A stretch of 63,900 bases of DNA, filler included, from Octopus bimaculoides (taxonomy: Eukaryota), in the NCBI RefSeq assembly GCF_001194135.2. It is 5 parts of 5 records of this genome, joined end to end, with 100 filler letters (N's around TTAATTAATTAA, not from the genome) between each part and the next. Parts side by side here need not be neighbours in the genome. Positions count along the whole stretch, not along the records: positions 23,107 to 52,414 come from NC_068982.1; positions 52,515 to 53,872 come from NW_026303931.1; positions 53,973 to 62,549 come from NC_069000.1; positions 62,650 to 63,900 come from NW_026427762.1; 1 more part is not named here. One strand, given 5' to 3'. Below, piece after piece: positions 51,911-63,900 of the stretch (positions are counted from its first letter, which is position 1; every line of letters starts with the position of its first letter). The notes under the pieces were generated by a model, which ran no database searches, had not been told where the DNA came from, and saw only the letters and a list, made by a program, of their open reading frames with translations. The position numbers and the translations under genes are program-made.

Positions 51911-52414
51911 TTCTTTTATTAGCCACCCAGGGCTCAACATAGATGGGACAAATACAAATGTAGAGTTTTTCTTTTCGATGGGGACGAGAATAAAGTAAAA
52001 AAAGAAAAAAATTAAAATGGGGATAACGATGAAAAAGCATCGAGAAAACGTTTGGGGTCTGTACAAAAAAATGAAAATATTACAAAAATTTCCCAATAAA
52101 TGGGGAGGTTATCCGTGGAAAGAAAAACCTACGGAAAAGACCACGGTAACCTCGGTCCTTAGTGTCACAATTTGTTAAATAAAATTCCTTTTATTTATGC
52201 AAGAAACGTAAGTAACTCTCTGTTTACAAAATTTTAAACGTGTTATAGAATCATGGTCAAGGTGGCTTCGTCGGTCACACGTGCCATTCTTGCTACATGT
52301 ATCCATCTTTTTTCGAAACATTTGCTAGACAACACTTGCCTCTCTACTCTCACCTTCCTTTTCAAGTGATACTTGAAAAAGTTGATGAGAGATTGACCAG
52401 AGAGGAAAGTATTT
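51911..52414 (-). mobile_element. Tx1/L1-clade LINE copy C, 3' end (ORF2 C-terminus plus 3' UTR), running into a gap
   Basis: Minus frame 52413-52243 open: NTFLSGQSLINFFKYHLKRKVRVERQVLSSKCFEKRWIHVARMARVTDEATLTMIL*. The tail tttgtcccatctatgttgagccctgggtggctaataaaagaa resembles the tails of copies A and B. Confidence 0.75.
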
Positions 52415-53052
52415 NNNNNNNNNNNNNNNNNNNNNNNNNNNNNNNNNNNNNNNNNNNNTTAATTAATTAANNNNNNNNNNNNNNNNNNNNNNNNNNNNNN
52501 NNNNNNNNNNNNNNTATATATATATATATATACATATGCATATATATATATATATGTATATATATATGTATGTATGTATATATGTATATTCCATAATCTC
52601 ACCCATAGTACATTCAAACAGTCAAATATACAAACACATTAGCACACGCACACATACATACATACATGCATACATACACACATATATACATACATGCATG
52701 CATTCGTACGTACATATGAATAAACTTCATCATAAGGATACATAAACACAAATTTATGGTAAACAAGCAAACAAACTTATGTATAACAAACAGATGCCAC
52801 ACAAACACAGACGCACTCACGCACATACACATATACACACATACATTCAGAAACACACAGTGCATACATACATACATACATACATACATACAAACATACA
52901 TATATACATACATACATACATACATACATACGTTCGTACATAAATGCAAGCGTGTATAGGCTTATATACATACTATATATTTGTACCTGTAATATTGCTG
53001 TTGCGTTGATTGTATATATTAGTGTATATATGTATGCACACTTACATACTAA

Positions 53053-53140
53053 CATCCATCCATCCATCCATCCATCCAGCCATCCATCCATCCATCCATC
53101 CAGCCAGCCAGCCAGCCAGCCAGCCAAGCAGCCAGCCAGT
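53053..53140. repeat. Compound (CATC)n to (CAGC)n microsatellite
   Basis: The tetramer array changes unit midway. Confidence 0.9.
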
Positions 53141-53230
53141 TATGTCTATGCACACACATGTCTACGTGTGCGTGTATGTATACACGGAAATAGAGTTGTA
53201 TAAATGTATATCTATCTATCTATCTATCAT

Positions 53231-53279
<49 letters not shown>

Positions 53280-53973
53280 ACAAATATATGCATATATTAC
53301 ATACGTACCTATATATATATATATATATATGCACATATACACGCGCACATTCACATACACTCTCGTTTAATCATATATATATATGTGTGTATGTTTGTTT
53401 GTGGTGTGTTTATGCACAGTTGCTCTTGTGTGCGTGCGTGTATGTGTTTGTGTGTATGTATTGGCTGTAGTGTACAATCAACAAAACAACCCCTAACACC
53501 ACCACCAACGCCACCGAGCATCACCAACAGATACACCAGCAAATAAGAAGAAAACATCCACACACGCTCACACACACAGGCACACACATACACACGCGCG
53601 TCGCGCGCGCGCGTACACACAGAAACGCAGAGAAATGAAACGAAACCACTACTTAGAACACACCGTCGCCATCTCTGTTAACAACAACGACAACAACATC
53701 AATGATATAAAATACCACTACAATCACGGCCAACACTACCACCACGTCCTTCACCACCAATAACACCCGGTCATCTTCTACGCGCCTTCTCTACCGCCAG
53801 CACCAGCGACCGTATCAGCACCACCACCACCACCACCACCACCACCATCAATATTACCACTACTAACAGCGCNNNNNNNNNNNNNNNNNNNNNNNNNNNN
53901 NNNNNNNNNNNNNNNNTTAATTAATTAANNNNNNNNNNNNNNNNNNNNNNNNNNNNNNNNNNNNNNNNNNNNT

Positions 53974-54006
<33 letters not shown>

Positions 54007-54007
54007 A

Positions 54008-54038
<31 letters not shown>

Positions 54039-54434
54039 AATATATGTATATATATATGTATATATATACATATGTATGCATTTATATACATACACAGTCA
54101 AACATATATATATATGCATATGTATACATACATATTTTTATACATACGTATATATATATATATATATAATATATATGTATATACACATATACATCATATG
54201 TCTACTTATGCATATACACACATCTATAAATACACACATGTACACTAACAAAAATACACATACATACATATATATAAACATTTAGATATGCCAATAAACA
54301 CTTACACACATAAAATATAATATAATTTACAGATAAAAAACCTGTAGATATATAAGCATGTACAATATACACCTCCCACATGCATATGTTTATATACATA
54401 TATATATACATACATTCACACACATACATATATG

Positions 54435-54495
<61 letters not shown>

Positions 54496-54716
54496 CTAGC
54501 ATAGTTAAAAATTCATGTACTCATCAGGATATAAAAACAAGGTAATTTGGAAAATATTCAAGGAATGAAAAATAGCCCATAAAATGTAAACAACAAAATA
54601 CAAAAATATGAGAATTTAAAAATATAGAAGAATATAAAAGTATAGAGGTATAAAACAGTAAAAATAAAATAAATAAAAAATATATTAACATAATGGATGA
54701 AATAAGAAATAATATA

Positions 54717-55046
54717 TGAGGGTGAGTCAAAAAGTAATGCCATTTTGTTTAGGACAGGTATAATTACCAACACAGGAACATGTATCATACATCAAAATGA
54801 AGCTGGTCCTCTGTGGATCACATCCCTACTTCCCAACATAGTCACCGTTTCTCTCAATAGCAATGTTCCACCTTTGAATGAGAGCATGTATCCCTGCCCC
54901 TTAAAATTCTGTTGACTGTTCTTTGAGCCACTTCTTTACTTACAGTTTTCACTTCATCACTGGAGTAATGTTTGCTTCTCAAACCCTCTTTTATGGGGCT
55001 GAAGCGATGATAGTCTGAAGGCGCTAAATTATTCCAATGACGAGGA
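54717..55046 (-). mobile_element. Mariner 3' end fragment
   Basis: TA|TGAGGGTGAGTCAAAAAGTAATG TIR at 54715. Minus translation LAPSDYHRFSPIKEGLRSKHYSSDEVKT ... IQRWNIAIERNGDYV. Confidence 0.82.
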
Positions 55047-55221
55047 AGTGAAAACTGTAGAAAGAACAAAAGGTGAAATTAAACAGAAGTCAGTGTAAAT
55101 TTAGAAAGGAGTGCTCAAAAATATATTTTAAATGGCCCGCTACTCTTGCACGTCTGATGTTGATGGTGCCACCTTGTTTGTATGTAGGCATGTATGCATG
55201 TATGTATGTACGTACGTACAC

Positions 55222-55390
55222 ACAGGTATGGCTATCTGCTTAAAAAATTCACTTCACAACCATATAGTTATGAATTCTGTCCTACTGCTTGACATCTTCG
55301 GTAGGTGTCTCTTCTACTTATAGACCCAAGTGAACCAACATCTCATGAGTGAATTTGGCAGAGAGAAACTTTGCAGAAGCCTGTTGTCTA
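55222..55390 (+). mobile_element. SINE family 1 5' half, decayed
   Basis: acaggtatggct...aaccatatagtt...ggtgtcttctact...gagtgaatttggcagagagaaact..agaagcctg. Confidence 0.65.
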
Positions 55391-55465
55391 TGAGTGTGAG
55401 CATATGTGTGCATGTGTGTGTGTGTGTATGTGCTTGTGTGTGTGCACATGTGTATCCATGTGTGT

Positions 55466-55704
55466 TATTTCTTTATTTCTTTACTACCCACAAGGGGCTA
55501 CACACAGAGGGGACAAACAAGGACAGACAAACGGATTAAGTCGATTATACCGACCCCAGTGTGTAACTGGTACTTATTTGATCGACCCTGAAAGGATGAA
55601 AGGCAAAGTCGACCTCGGCGGAATTTGAACTCAGAACGTAGCGGCAGACGAAATACCGCTAAGCATTTAGCCCGGCGTGCTAACGTTTCTGCCAGTTCGC
55701 CGCC
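55466..55704 (-). mobile_element. SINE family 2, complete, carrying a Tx1-LINE-like 3' tail
   Basis: Head ggcggcgaactggcagaaacgttagcacgccggg...gagttcaaattccgccgagg. Tail 55502-55531 matches Tx1 copy A 9582-9611 at 29/30 nt. Confidence 0.9.
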
Positions 55705-55957
55705 TTGAGTATCCATGTGTGTGTGTGTGTATGTGCTTGTGTGTGTGCACATGTGTATCCATGTGTGTTATTTCTTTATTTNNNNNNNNNNNNNNNNNNN
55801 NNNNNNNNNNNNNNNNNNNNNNNNNNNNNNNNNNNNNNNNNNNNNNNNNNNNNNNNNNNNNNNNNNNNNNNNNNNNNNNNNNNNNNNNNNNNNNNNNNNN
55901 NNNNNNNNNNNNNNNNNNNNNNNNNNNNNNNNNNNNNNNNNNNNNNNNNNNNNNNNN

Positions 55958-56889
55958 CATTGAAACAAAACTCTGGAAGAAAACCAAAACTTTCAGATAG
56001 GGACCGTCGGATTCTTACGCAAATTGTTAGAAAGGATCACAAAAGTACAGCTCCCAAAATTACTGCAGAGCTTAGTGACTACTTCGAGAACCCAGTTTCC
56101 ACAAAAACTGTTCACAGGGAGCTGCACAAAGCTGGATTTCACAGGAGGACTGCAATCAGAAAACCACTACTTTCAAAAACAAACTTTGCAAAGCGTTTAG
56201 AGTGGAGTAAAAACCTACAGATTTGGTCTCTAGAGTAGTGGAAGAATGTTACTTTCTCGGATGCGTCATCCTTTACCTTATTTCTGATCACTGGCCAAGT
56301 ATATGTGTAGAGACAGCCAAAAGAAGCATTTGACCCAGACTGCTTTCTTCCAACTGTTAAACATGGAGGAGGATCTGTGATGATCTGGGAGGCTATATCT
56401 TGTAAATCTGCTGGCCCAATGGTTTTCCTTCATGGCAGAATTAATAGTCAAAACTATTTAAGCATTTTATCTGATCAAATTCATCCTATGGTTGTGGAAC
56501 TGTTCCCAGAGAGAAATGCAGTCTTTCAGGATGATAATGCACCAATTCACACAGCTAAAGTTGTTACTGAATGGCATGAGGAACATTCAAGTGAAGTTGA
56601 ACATCTTATCTGGCCACCACAGTCCCCAGATCTCAATATTATTGAACATTTATGGTGCATTTTAGAAAAACAAGTAAGGAGTTGATGTCCTCCACCATCA
56701 TCACTACAAGAACTGGAGACTGTTTTAGCTGAAGAATGGACAAAATTTCTTTGGAAACAATTCAAACTTTGTACGAGTCCATACCTCATAGAATTTAAGT
56801 TGTAATTACTGCCAAAGGCAGTCCTACCCTATATTAAAATAAATTTGTTTGAAATTTTAAGGTGTTTCCATTATTTTGTCCAACCCCTG
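55958..56889 (+). mobile_element. Tc1-like (DD34E) transposon, 5' end lost in gap
   Basis: GRKPKLSDRDRR, FSDASSF, TVKHGGGSVMIW, FQDDNAPIH, WPPQSPDLNIIEHLW; right TIR GTTTCCATTATTTTGTCCAACCCCTG|TA. Confidence 0.92.
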
Positions 56890-58127
56890 TATGTGTGTTT
56901 GTGTATGTATGTGTCTGTGTCTGTGTGTGCATGTGTGTGTTTGTGTGTGTATTTGTGTGTGTGTGTGCATATGTTTGTGTGCATGTGTGCACATGAGTGT
57001 GTGTGCATGCATGCATGTGTATGTGTTTGTGGTATGTGCTATGTTTGTCTCTCACCACATAATAATTAGTGTAGGTTTGTTTATTTCCCCTTAACTTAAT
57101 GGTTCAGCAGAAAATTGACTGACAGAATAAGTACTGCTGTCAATTTGATCAACTAGAAATTCCCTTCAAGGTGGTGCCCCAGCAAGGCCACAATCTAATG
57201 ACAGAAACAGGTAAAAGAATAGCAGGTGCTTGTACTGGTAAAACTTACTTATTCTTTTTATGGTTTCAGCCATAGGAATGTGACTATGCTGGTGTACTAC
57301 TTTAAAAATAATGGTAATGCCATCAATTTTAGTGGAGATGGAGGGTTAGTCAATTACATCAACTCCAATACTCAATTGGTACTTATTTTATCAACCATGA
57401 AAGGATGAAAAGTAAAGTCGACCTTGGTGGAATTTGAACTCAAAATGTAAAGATGGACAAAATGCCACGAAGCATTTTGTCTCGCATGTAAATGATTCCA
57501 TCAGACAGATACAACAGATATATATATACACATGCACACAAGCACACACACACACGCACACACACACGCACACACACATGCACACACACACACACGCACA
57601 CACACACACACACACGCACACACACACACATACACATACACATACACATGCACACACACACATCACTACCATCCTACCCCCAACCTTGTCTGTCAGGGTG
57701 AGTGATGTTGAGGTGGGGGAGTGGCCACAATAAGGACCTTATTTGTAACATTTGCAATACAATTACAGCAGTGTTGTTTATTTTTAGTAATTCTTCCTAA
57801 ATAACCATTTATGATTCACCAAACAGCCTGACCCTCATCTCACACGCAAACTTTCTTACTTTACAGAATCAACTAAAAATAAACTAATAGACATCTAAAT
57901 ATGTGTAGAGCCAATAGCACATGGTCAGGCATGGTCTTACACTGGATCTGTGGGTAATCTGCTGCTGCTTCACAGCTCTAAAGAACTGCCAATGCTAAAA
58001 GGAATTACAATTTATTAATCATCAATACCTCCCCTCCCTACCCCTTTTAACCTAATTTTCTACAATTACTTTTGGGGTGGGTATATTAATTGAAGTACAT
58101 GTATGTGTTTGTGTGATTGTGAATATA

Positions 58128-58379
58128 CAAGGGGAAGTCAAAAATTATTCGCACTTTCGCCATAACATATCTTTATTATTGTCACTCTGCCTTCTGCGTA
58201 TGTGTGCTTATAGTTGGTACTGTTGTGGTCACATGATCTAAGTTTACAATATATTGTTGGCTGAAACAGACTCTGGCGGACAGGTGCTCATGACTGAGGA
58301 TGAGCCAAATAGCTTGAAACTGAGTCAGTCTCGCAATCCTGTTACCTGCCAGAGGGTGGAAAGTGTTTGCTTCCCCTGC
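58128..58379. mobile_element. Possible Tc1/mariner-type MITE (~250 bp)
   Basis: TA|CAAGGGGAAGTC... and ...GCTTCCCCTGC|TA: short imperfect TIRs with TA flanks. Confidence 0.45.
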
Positions 58380-58396
58380 TAACAATATATATTGTA

Positions 58397-59268
58397 CCAG
58401 GTAGAGTATAAAGTAAGCAATGTTTTGAACCAAGAAGAATTTGTACCGGATTTTTGCAGAGTTTTGAACTTTTTAAACATTTTCTTGCAATGGTCTGATA
58501 ATACAGACACAGACTTGCCCAAATGCATCAATAAATTAACATGATATTTGGCCAATTTTGCTATTCAACTTCAAAAAAGGATGTAAAGCAGCTGAAACTG
58601 CTTGCAACATCAATAAAACATTTGGTGAGGAAATGACCAGTGACTGGTCAGCTTGAAAATGGTTTGACCAATTTCACAGTGGAGTCCTGAGCCTTGAAGA
58701 TCATGAGCATAGTGGATGCCTATCTGTCGTCGATGATGATCAATTAGAGATCATCATTGAGAAACATCCATGTAAATCCACTTGAGAACTGGCAAAAGAA
58801 CTTCAAGTTAGCCAGAAAACTGCCTGCTGCCATTTGCATGTGATCAAAAAATCAAAAAATGCTCAATAAATGGGTACCACACGATTTGAAAGAAATTCGG
58901 AAAATGAACATATATGAAATTTAGTCATCGCTTCTTCTGTGTAACCAGACTGATCCATTTCTTGACTGTATTGTAACTTACGATGAAAAGTGGATTCTGT
59001 ACAATAAAAAAAAAAAAATTCTTCACTGTGGTTGGACCAAAATGCAGCACCAAATACCTTCTTTAAACCTGAGCTCTTCAAAAAGAAGGCCATGGTGACT
59101 GTTTGGTGGTGTACTGCTGGACACATCCACTATAACTTCTTCAAGCCTGGAAAAACCATTACTGCAGAAACATATTGTCATGAAATTGCCAAAATGAATG
59201 AAAAACTGCTACTCCTCCGTCCCAGACTGGTCAACAGAAAAGAGCCAATCATTCTTCCTGACAATGCT
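58397..59268 (+). mobile_element. Mariner (Hsmar1/SETMAR-like transposase) fragment, 3' end in gap
   Basis: NFKKGCKAAETACNINKTFG, KWVPHDL, IVTYDEKWILY, KPELFKKKAMVTVWWCTAGHIHY, ILPDNA (HDNA). Confidence 0.87.
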
Positions 59269-59809
59269 TNNNNNNNNNNNNNNNNNNNNNNNNNNNNNNN
59301 NNNNNNNNNNNNNNNNNNNNNNNNNNNNNNNNNNNNNNNNNNNNNNNNNNNNNNNNNNNNNNNNNNNNNNNNNNNNNNNNNNNNNNNNNNNNNNNNNNNN
59401 NNNNNNNNNNNNNNNNNNNNNNNNNNNNNNNNNNNNNNNNNNNNNNNNNNNNNNNNNNNNNNNNNNNNNNNNNNNNNNNNNNNNNNNNNNNNNNNNNNNN
59501 NNNNNNNNNNNNNNNNNNNNNNNNNNNNNNNNNNNNNNNNNNNNNNNNNNNNNNNNNNNNNNNNNNNNNNNNNNNNNNNNNNNNNNNNNNNNNNNNNNNN
59601 NNNNNNNNNNNNNNNNNNNNNNNNNNNNNNNNNNNNNNNNNNNNNNNNNNNNNNNNNNNNNNNNNNNNNNNNNNNNNNNNNNNNNNNNNNNNNNNNNNNN
59701 NNNNNNNNNNNNNNNNNNNNNNNNNNNNNNNNNNNNNNNNNNNNNNNNNNNNNNNNNNNNNNNNNNNNNNNNNNNNNNNNNNNNNNNNNNNNNNNNNNNN
59801 NNNNNNNNN

Positions 59810-59841
<32 letters not shown>

Positions 59842-60224
59842 CAGAGTTATTAGTGAGAGATTATCAGTCCGGGCAAAATACTTTATAAGCTCTCTGTTAG
59901 TACACCAGGCTAACAATATTGTTTAGACTAGTAAAGAACTCCACATATTTTTGTAGCAGGGTTTGAGATTCATCACCATTCTATATTGTAAATCTATTGT
60001 TGTGTTCTAGTTGTACTGGTTTTTACACTTTTGTTATAAGCAGAAATGACTGACGAAAGTTGCATTAATTTTTTAAGTCATTCAATTTTTCTAAACTCAT
60101 CAATAAACTGAGTAGAGCTATCAATAACGAACTTATAATGACTACTGGAAACTGCTGTAAATCAAAAAAAATATGTAATGACCATTATTTATACCTTCTC
60201 TTATACATATATATATTCTTTTAT

Positions 60225-60432
60225 TCTTTTATTTATTTCAGTCATTTGACTGTGGCTATGCTGGAGCACCACCTTTAGTCAAACAAATCGACCCCAGGAC
60301 TTATTCTTTGTAAGCTTGGTACTTATTCTATCAGTCTCTTTTGCCAAACTGCTAAGTTACAGGGACGAAAACACACCAGCATTGGTTGTTAAGCGATGTT
60401 GGGGGGACAAATACAGACACACAAACATACAC

Positions 60433-60468
<36 letters not shown>

Positions 60469-60628
60469 GATGGGCCTCTTTCAGTTTCCATCAACCAAAT
60501 CCACTCACAGGGCTTTGGTCGACCCGAGGCTATAGTAGAAGACACTTGCCCAAGTTGCTATGCAGTGGGACTGAACCCAGAACCATGTGGTTGGTAAGCA
60601 AGCTACTTATCACACAGCCAATCCTGTG

Positions 60629-60629
<1 letters not shown>
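60225..60629 (-). mobile_element. SINE family 1, complete reference copy (tRNA-like head, body, internal (GT)n, middle, CR1-like tail)
   Basis: Minus: ggcacaggattggctgtgtgataagtagcttgcttaccaaccacatggttctgggttcagtccc ... (GT)n ... ggtggtgctccagcatagccacagtcaaatgactgaaataaataaaag. Confidence 0.9.
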
Positions 60630-60715
<86 letters not shown>

Positions 60716-61988
60716 GTGTGTGTGTGTGTTACAGTTGATATTCATTGTTGGTTGCCATTTTTTAAGATGTGCAAGATGAAAGAAGAACACTGATCAATGT
60801 TGATGTTGACTCCAATTTTTTATTTATCGTTGCATAATATAATGCCGTACCACAATGGATAGGCTAGTGTAATAATATAACACAGTTCTTAAAGCATGCA
60901 AGGTAAAGAAAGTTAATTTCACCCTGTATGTGTGTGTACATGATCTCAAAGTAGCATATAGAGAGAGATATGGAAAGTGAGTTAGTGAAAGTAAGAGTGG
61001 TGGGACGAAACAACTGCTTCATTGGTGAGTTACCATAGTTGTCCCTTTGTGCCTTTTCCTTTAGAGACGGCGTTTTGTTCAGCTGGTCAGCCAGACTCGG
61101 TTCTCACTAACTGACTTTGGCTTACAGAGTTCTTGTTTTTATAACTATCCAAAATCAGCTAGAAGAATAGACATATTGTTGGGAACAATAAATTTTGTTG
61201 GCGGTCTGTTGTCTCTATTCTAGCTTTTGGTGGCCTAGAAGAGGTTAGAAGGCTCAAGTGGCAAAAATATTATTCTGCTTAGCGAAGGTATCTGGGAAAT
61301 GTAACTGTTGTCACTCACAGAAAAACTATTGTTTTACCCTGAGAAAAGTGTTGTTGAACTGCTAAGTGAAATTTGGCAATCGAGGATTGAATCCACGCCA
61401 TGCCTACATGAAGCCACTACACACACATACACACACACACATACACACACACACACATATATATATATCTTTGTACCTGTATGTGTGTGTGTCTTCACAC
61501 GTGGGCGTATATAAGGTCACACAAGCGTATATTCATGTATACATATATGTGTCTGCTTTTATTCTGGTTTAAAAATGAAAATATATGCATTTATATATGT
61601 ATTATTCTCTGGGTGGAGTTTCCACCTTCTACAATAAATAGTTTCTGTCTGTAGCCAACTCTATGTATTAAATACAACAAACACACTTCATTTAAATGAC
61701 TCTGAATAAGCTATGAGGAGTCTCACAATCACTCAAAGGTGAATGCAATGGTTTTTATAGCAGGGAGTACTGTAAGCTAATGCAATAGATTACATAACTC
61801 CTGTTCTTTTGCCATTCTTTAATTTATATTATGTTCTGTAATCACCTGACATTTTACTTAAAAGTCTTAGTATATTGAGTTCTTATGACTGGATATCAGT
61901 CATAAGGCTTGAAGGCAGTGAGCTGGCAGAATCATTAGCATGCTGGTCAAAATGCTTAGTGTCATTTCGTCCATCTTTACATTTTATA

Positions 61989-62310
61989 GGCACAGGTATG
62001 GCTGTGTAATAAGAAGCTTGCTTCACAACCACATAGTTCTGGGTTCATTCCCACTGCATAGCATCTTGGGCAAGTGTCTTCTATATAACCTTGGGCCAAC
62101 CAAAGCTTTGTGAGTGGATTTGGTAGACGAATGTATGTATATGTGTGTATATGTGAGCGTATCTGTGTGTGTGTATACAGGCATATATACATAGATTTGT
62201 TTGTGTGGGAGGGTATGTGTGAGTCTCTGTGTATGTATGAACTGCTAAGTTATGGAGACATAAACACACCAGTTGTCATGCAGTGGTGGGGGACAAACAC
62301 AAATACAGTG

Positions 62311-62345
<35 letters not shown>

Positions 62346-62408
62346 TATTTTCAAGGTGGTGCTCCAGCATGGCTGCAGTCAAATATGACTGAAACGAGTA
62401 AGGAATAT
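61989..62408 (+). mobile_element. SINE family 1 copy with uninterrupted target site and inverted middle segment
   Basis: Intact AAGAAGCTTGC at 62011-62021; 62239-62308 is in the opposite orientation to the head and tail. Confidence 0.75.
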
Positions 62409-62672
62409 ATATATATATACAATGGGCTTCTTTCAGTTTCTGTCTACCAAATCCACTCACAAGACTTATTCTTTGGAAGCCTAGTACTTATTCTATCGGT
62501 CTCTTTTTGCCGAATCGCTAAGTTATGGGGACGTAAACACACCAGCATCNNNNNNNNNNNNNNNNNNNNNNNNNNNNNNNNNNNNNNNNNNNNTTAATTA
62601 ATTAANNNNNNNNNNNNNNNNNNNNNNNNNNNNNNNNNNNNNNNNNNNNATATATATATATATGTATATATA

Positions 62673-63878
62673 CAGGGGTTGGACAAAATAATGGAAACAT
62701 CTAGCATCATTGCATCATCATCAAAACCGTCAAAAACTTGTTTATTTTCATATTTTTTTATTTATTATTAGTGTTGCTTAAAACGTTTTGCTAAAATTGC
62801 TGTTTCTTTTCNNNNNNNNNNATTAGTGTTGCTTAAAACGTTTTGCTAAAATTGCTGTTTCTTTTCAGATATCATCAGAAAAAGGTAATTAAAATTCATT
62901 AAAATGACAGATCTATTGGACCTTCAAAGAGGTCAAATTGTTGGTGCTCATATAGCAGGCGCTAGCATAACGAAAACAGCCAAATTGTTTGGTGTATCAA
63001 GAAGTACTGGCACGAAAGTAAGGACAGCCTTTGAGAAAGAGGGAAAAACTGCCTCATCGAAACAAAACTTCGGAGGAAAACCAAAACTTTCAGATAGGGA
63101 CCGTCGGACTCTTACACAACTTGTTAGCTCTCAGAATTACTGCAGAGCTTAATGACCACTGCGAGAACCCAGTTTCCACAAAAACTGTTTGCTGGGAGCT
63201 GCACAAAGCCGGATTTTTACAGGAAGGCTGCAATCAGAAAACCATTACTTTCAAAAACAAACATTGCAAAGTGTTTAGAGTGGAGTAAAAACCTACAGAA
63301 TTGGTCCCTAGAGCAGTGGAAGAATGTTATTTTCTTGGACGAGTCATCCTTTGCCTTATTTCCAACCACTGGCCAAGTATACATGTGGAGACAGCCAAAA
63401 GAAGCATTTGACCCAGACTGCCTTCTTCCAACTGTTAAACATGGAGGAGGATCTGTGATGATCTGGTGGGGCTATATCTTGGAAATCTGCTGGCCCAATG
63501 GTTTCCCTTCACGGAAGAATTAATAGTCAAGACTATTTAAACATTTTATCTCATCAAATTCATCCTATTGTTGTGGAACTGTTTCGGGAAGGAAACGCAG
63601 TCTTTCAGGATGATAATGCACCAATTCACACAACTAAAGATGTTACTGAATGGCACAAGGAACATTCTAGCGAAGTTCAACATCTTATCTGGCCTCTACA
63701 GTCCCCAGATCTCAGTATTATTGAACATTTATAGTGCATTTTAGAAAAACATGTAAGGAGTCGATATCCATACCGCGTAGAATTCACGCTGTAATTACTG
63801 CGAAAGGCAGTCCTACCCCATATTTAAATAAATTTGTTTGAAATCTTAAAGTGTTTCCATTATTTTGTCCAACACCTG
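62673..63878 (+). mobile_element. Tc1-like (DD34E) transposon with both TIRs, inactive; same family as 55958-56889
   Basis: TA|CAGGGGTTGGACAAAATAATGGAAAC and GTTTCCATTATTTTGTCCAACACCTG|TA. Transposase from 62904 (MTDLLDLQRGQIVGA) with FLDESSF, FQDDNAPIH, WPLQSPDLSIIEHL; frameshifts and two internal deletions relative to the other copy. Confidence 0.93.
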
Positions 63879-63900
63879 TATATATATATATATATATATA

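Noticed and set aside
55413-55781. ~65-bp direct repeat flanking the SINE 2 copy (apparent very long TSD)
   Set aside because: The repeat includes part of the SINE tail and runs into an N-gap, so tandem duplication or assembly artefact is more likely than a TSD.
60540-60629. tRNA-like sequence with A and B boxes
   Set aside because: It continues into SINE body and tail and cannot form a full cloverleaf; it is a SINE head, not a tRNA gene.
62767-62866. 45-bp direct duplication across a 10-N gap in the Tc1 5' region
   Set aside because: Identical sequence on both sides of a minimal gap is an unmerged contig overlap.

Overview
Repeat-dominated, AT-rich eukaryotic scaffold window with about 19 N-gaps. 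The SINE families, (GAT)n-tailed RTE ends and microsatellite density point to an octopus (coleoid cephalopod) genome; this is inference from recalled repeat families, not a database result. No host protein-coding gene can be confidently called, and almost all long ORFs in the track are microsatellite or N-gap read-through. What can be supported is a dense set of decayed mobile elements: three RTE-clade LINE fragments (one ending in three C2H2 zinc fingers, one with a PHD-like finger inside RT), a CR1-clade LINE, three Tx1/L1-clade LINE pieces, four mariner and two Tc1 elements, two Chapaev3-like (CMC) DNA transposons, a hAT deletion derivative, Penelope-like termini with hammerhead-like cores, and several tRNA-derived SINE families. 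The most interesting structure is 9.1-13.6 kb, where two Tx1-like LINEs sit in tandem inside one tRNA-derived SINE, bounded by three copies of the same 11-bp SINE sequence (AAGAAGCTTGC). One of the two appears to encode ORF1 only, and the Tx1 3' tail is also carried by a second SINE family, suggesting a nested LINE/SINE host-parasite network. A composite CpG-rich satellite block lies at 49.7-51.9 kb.
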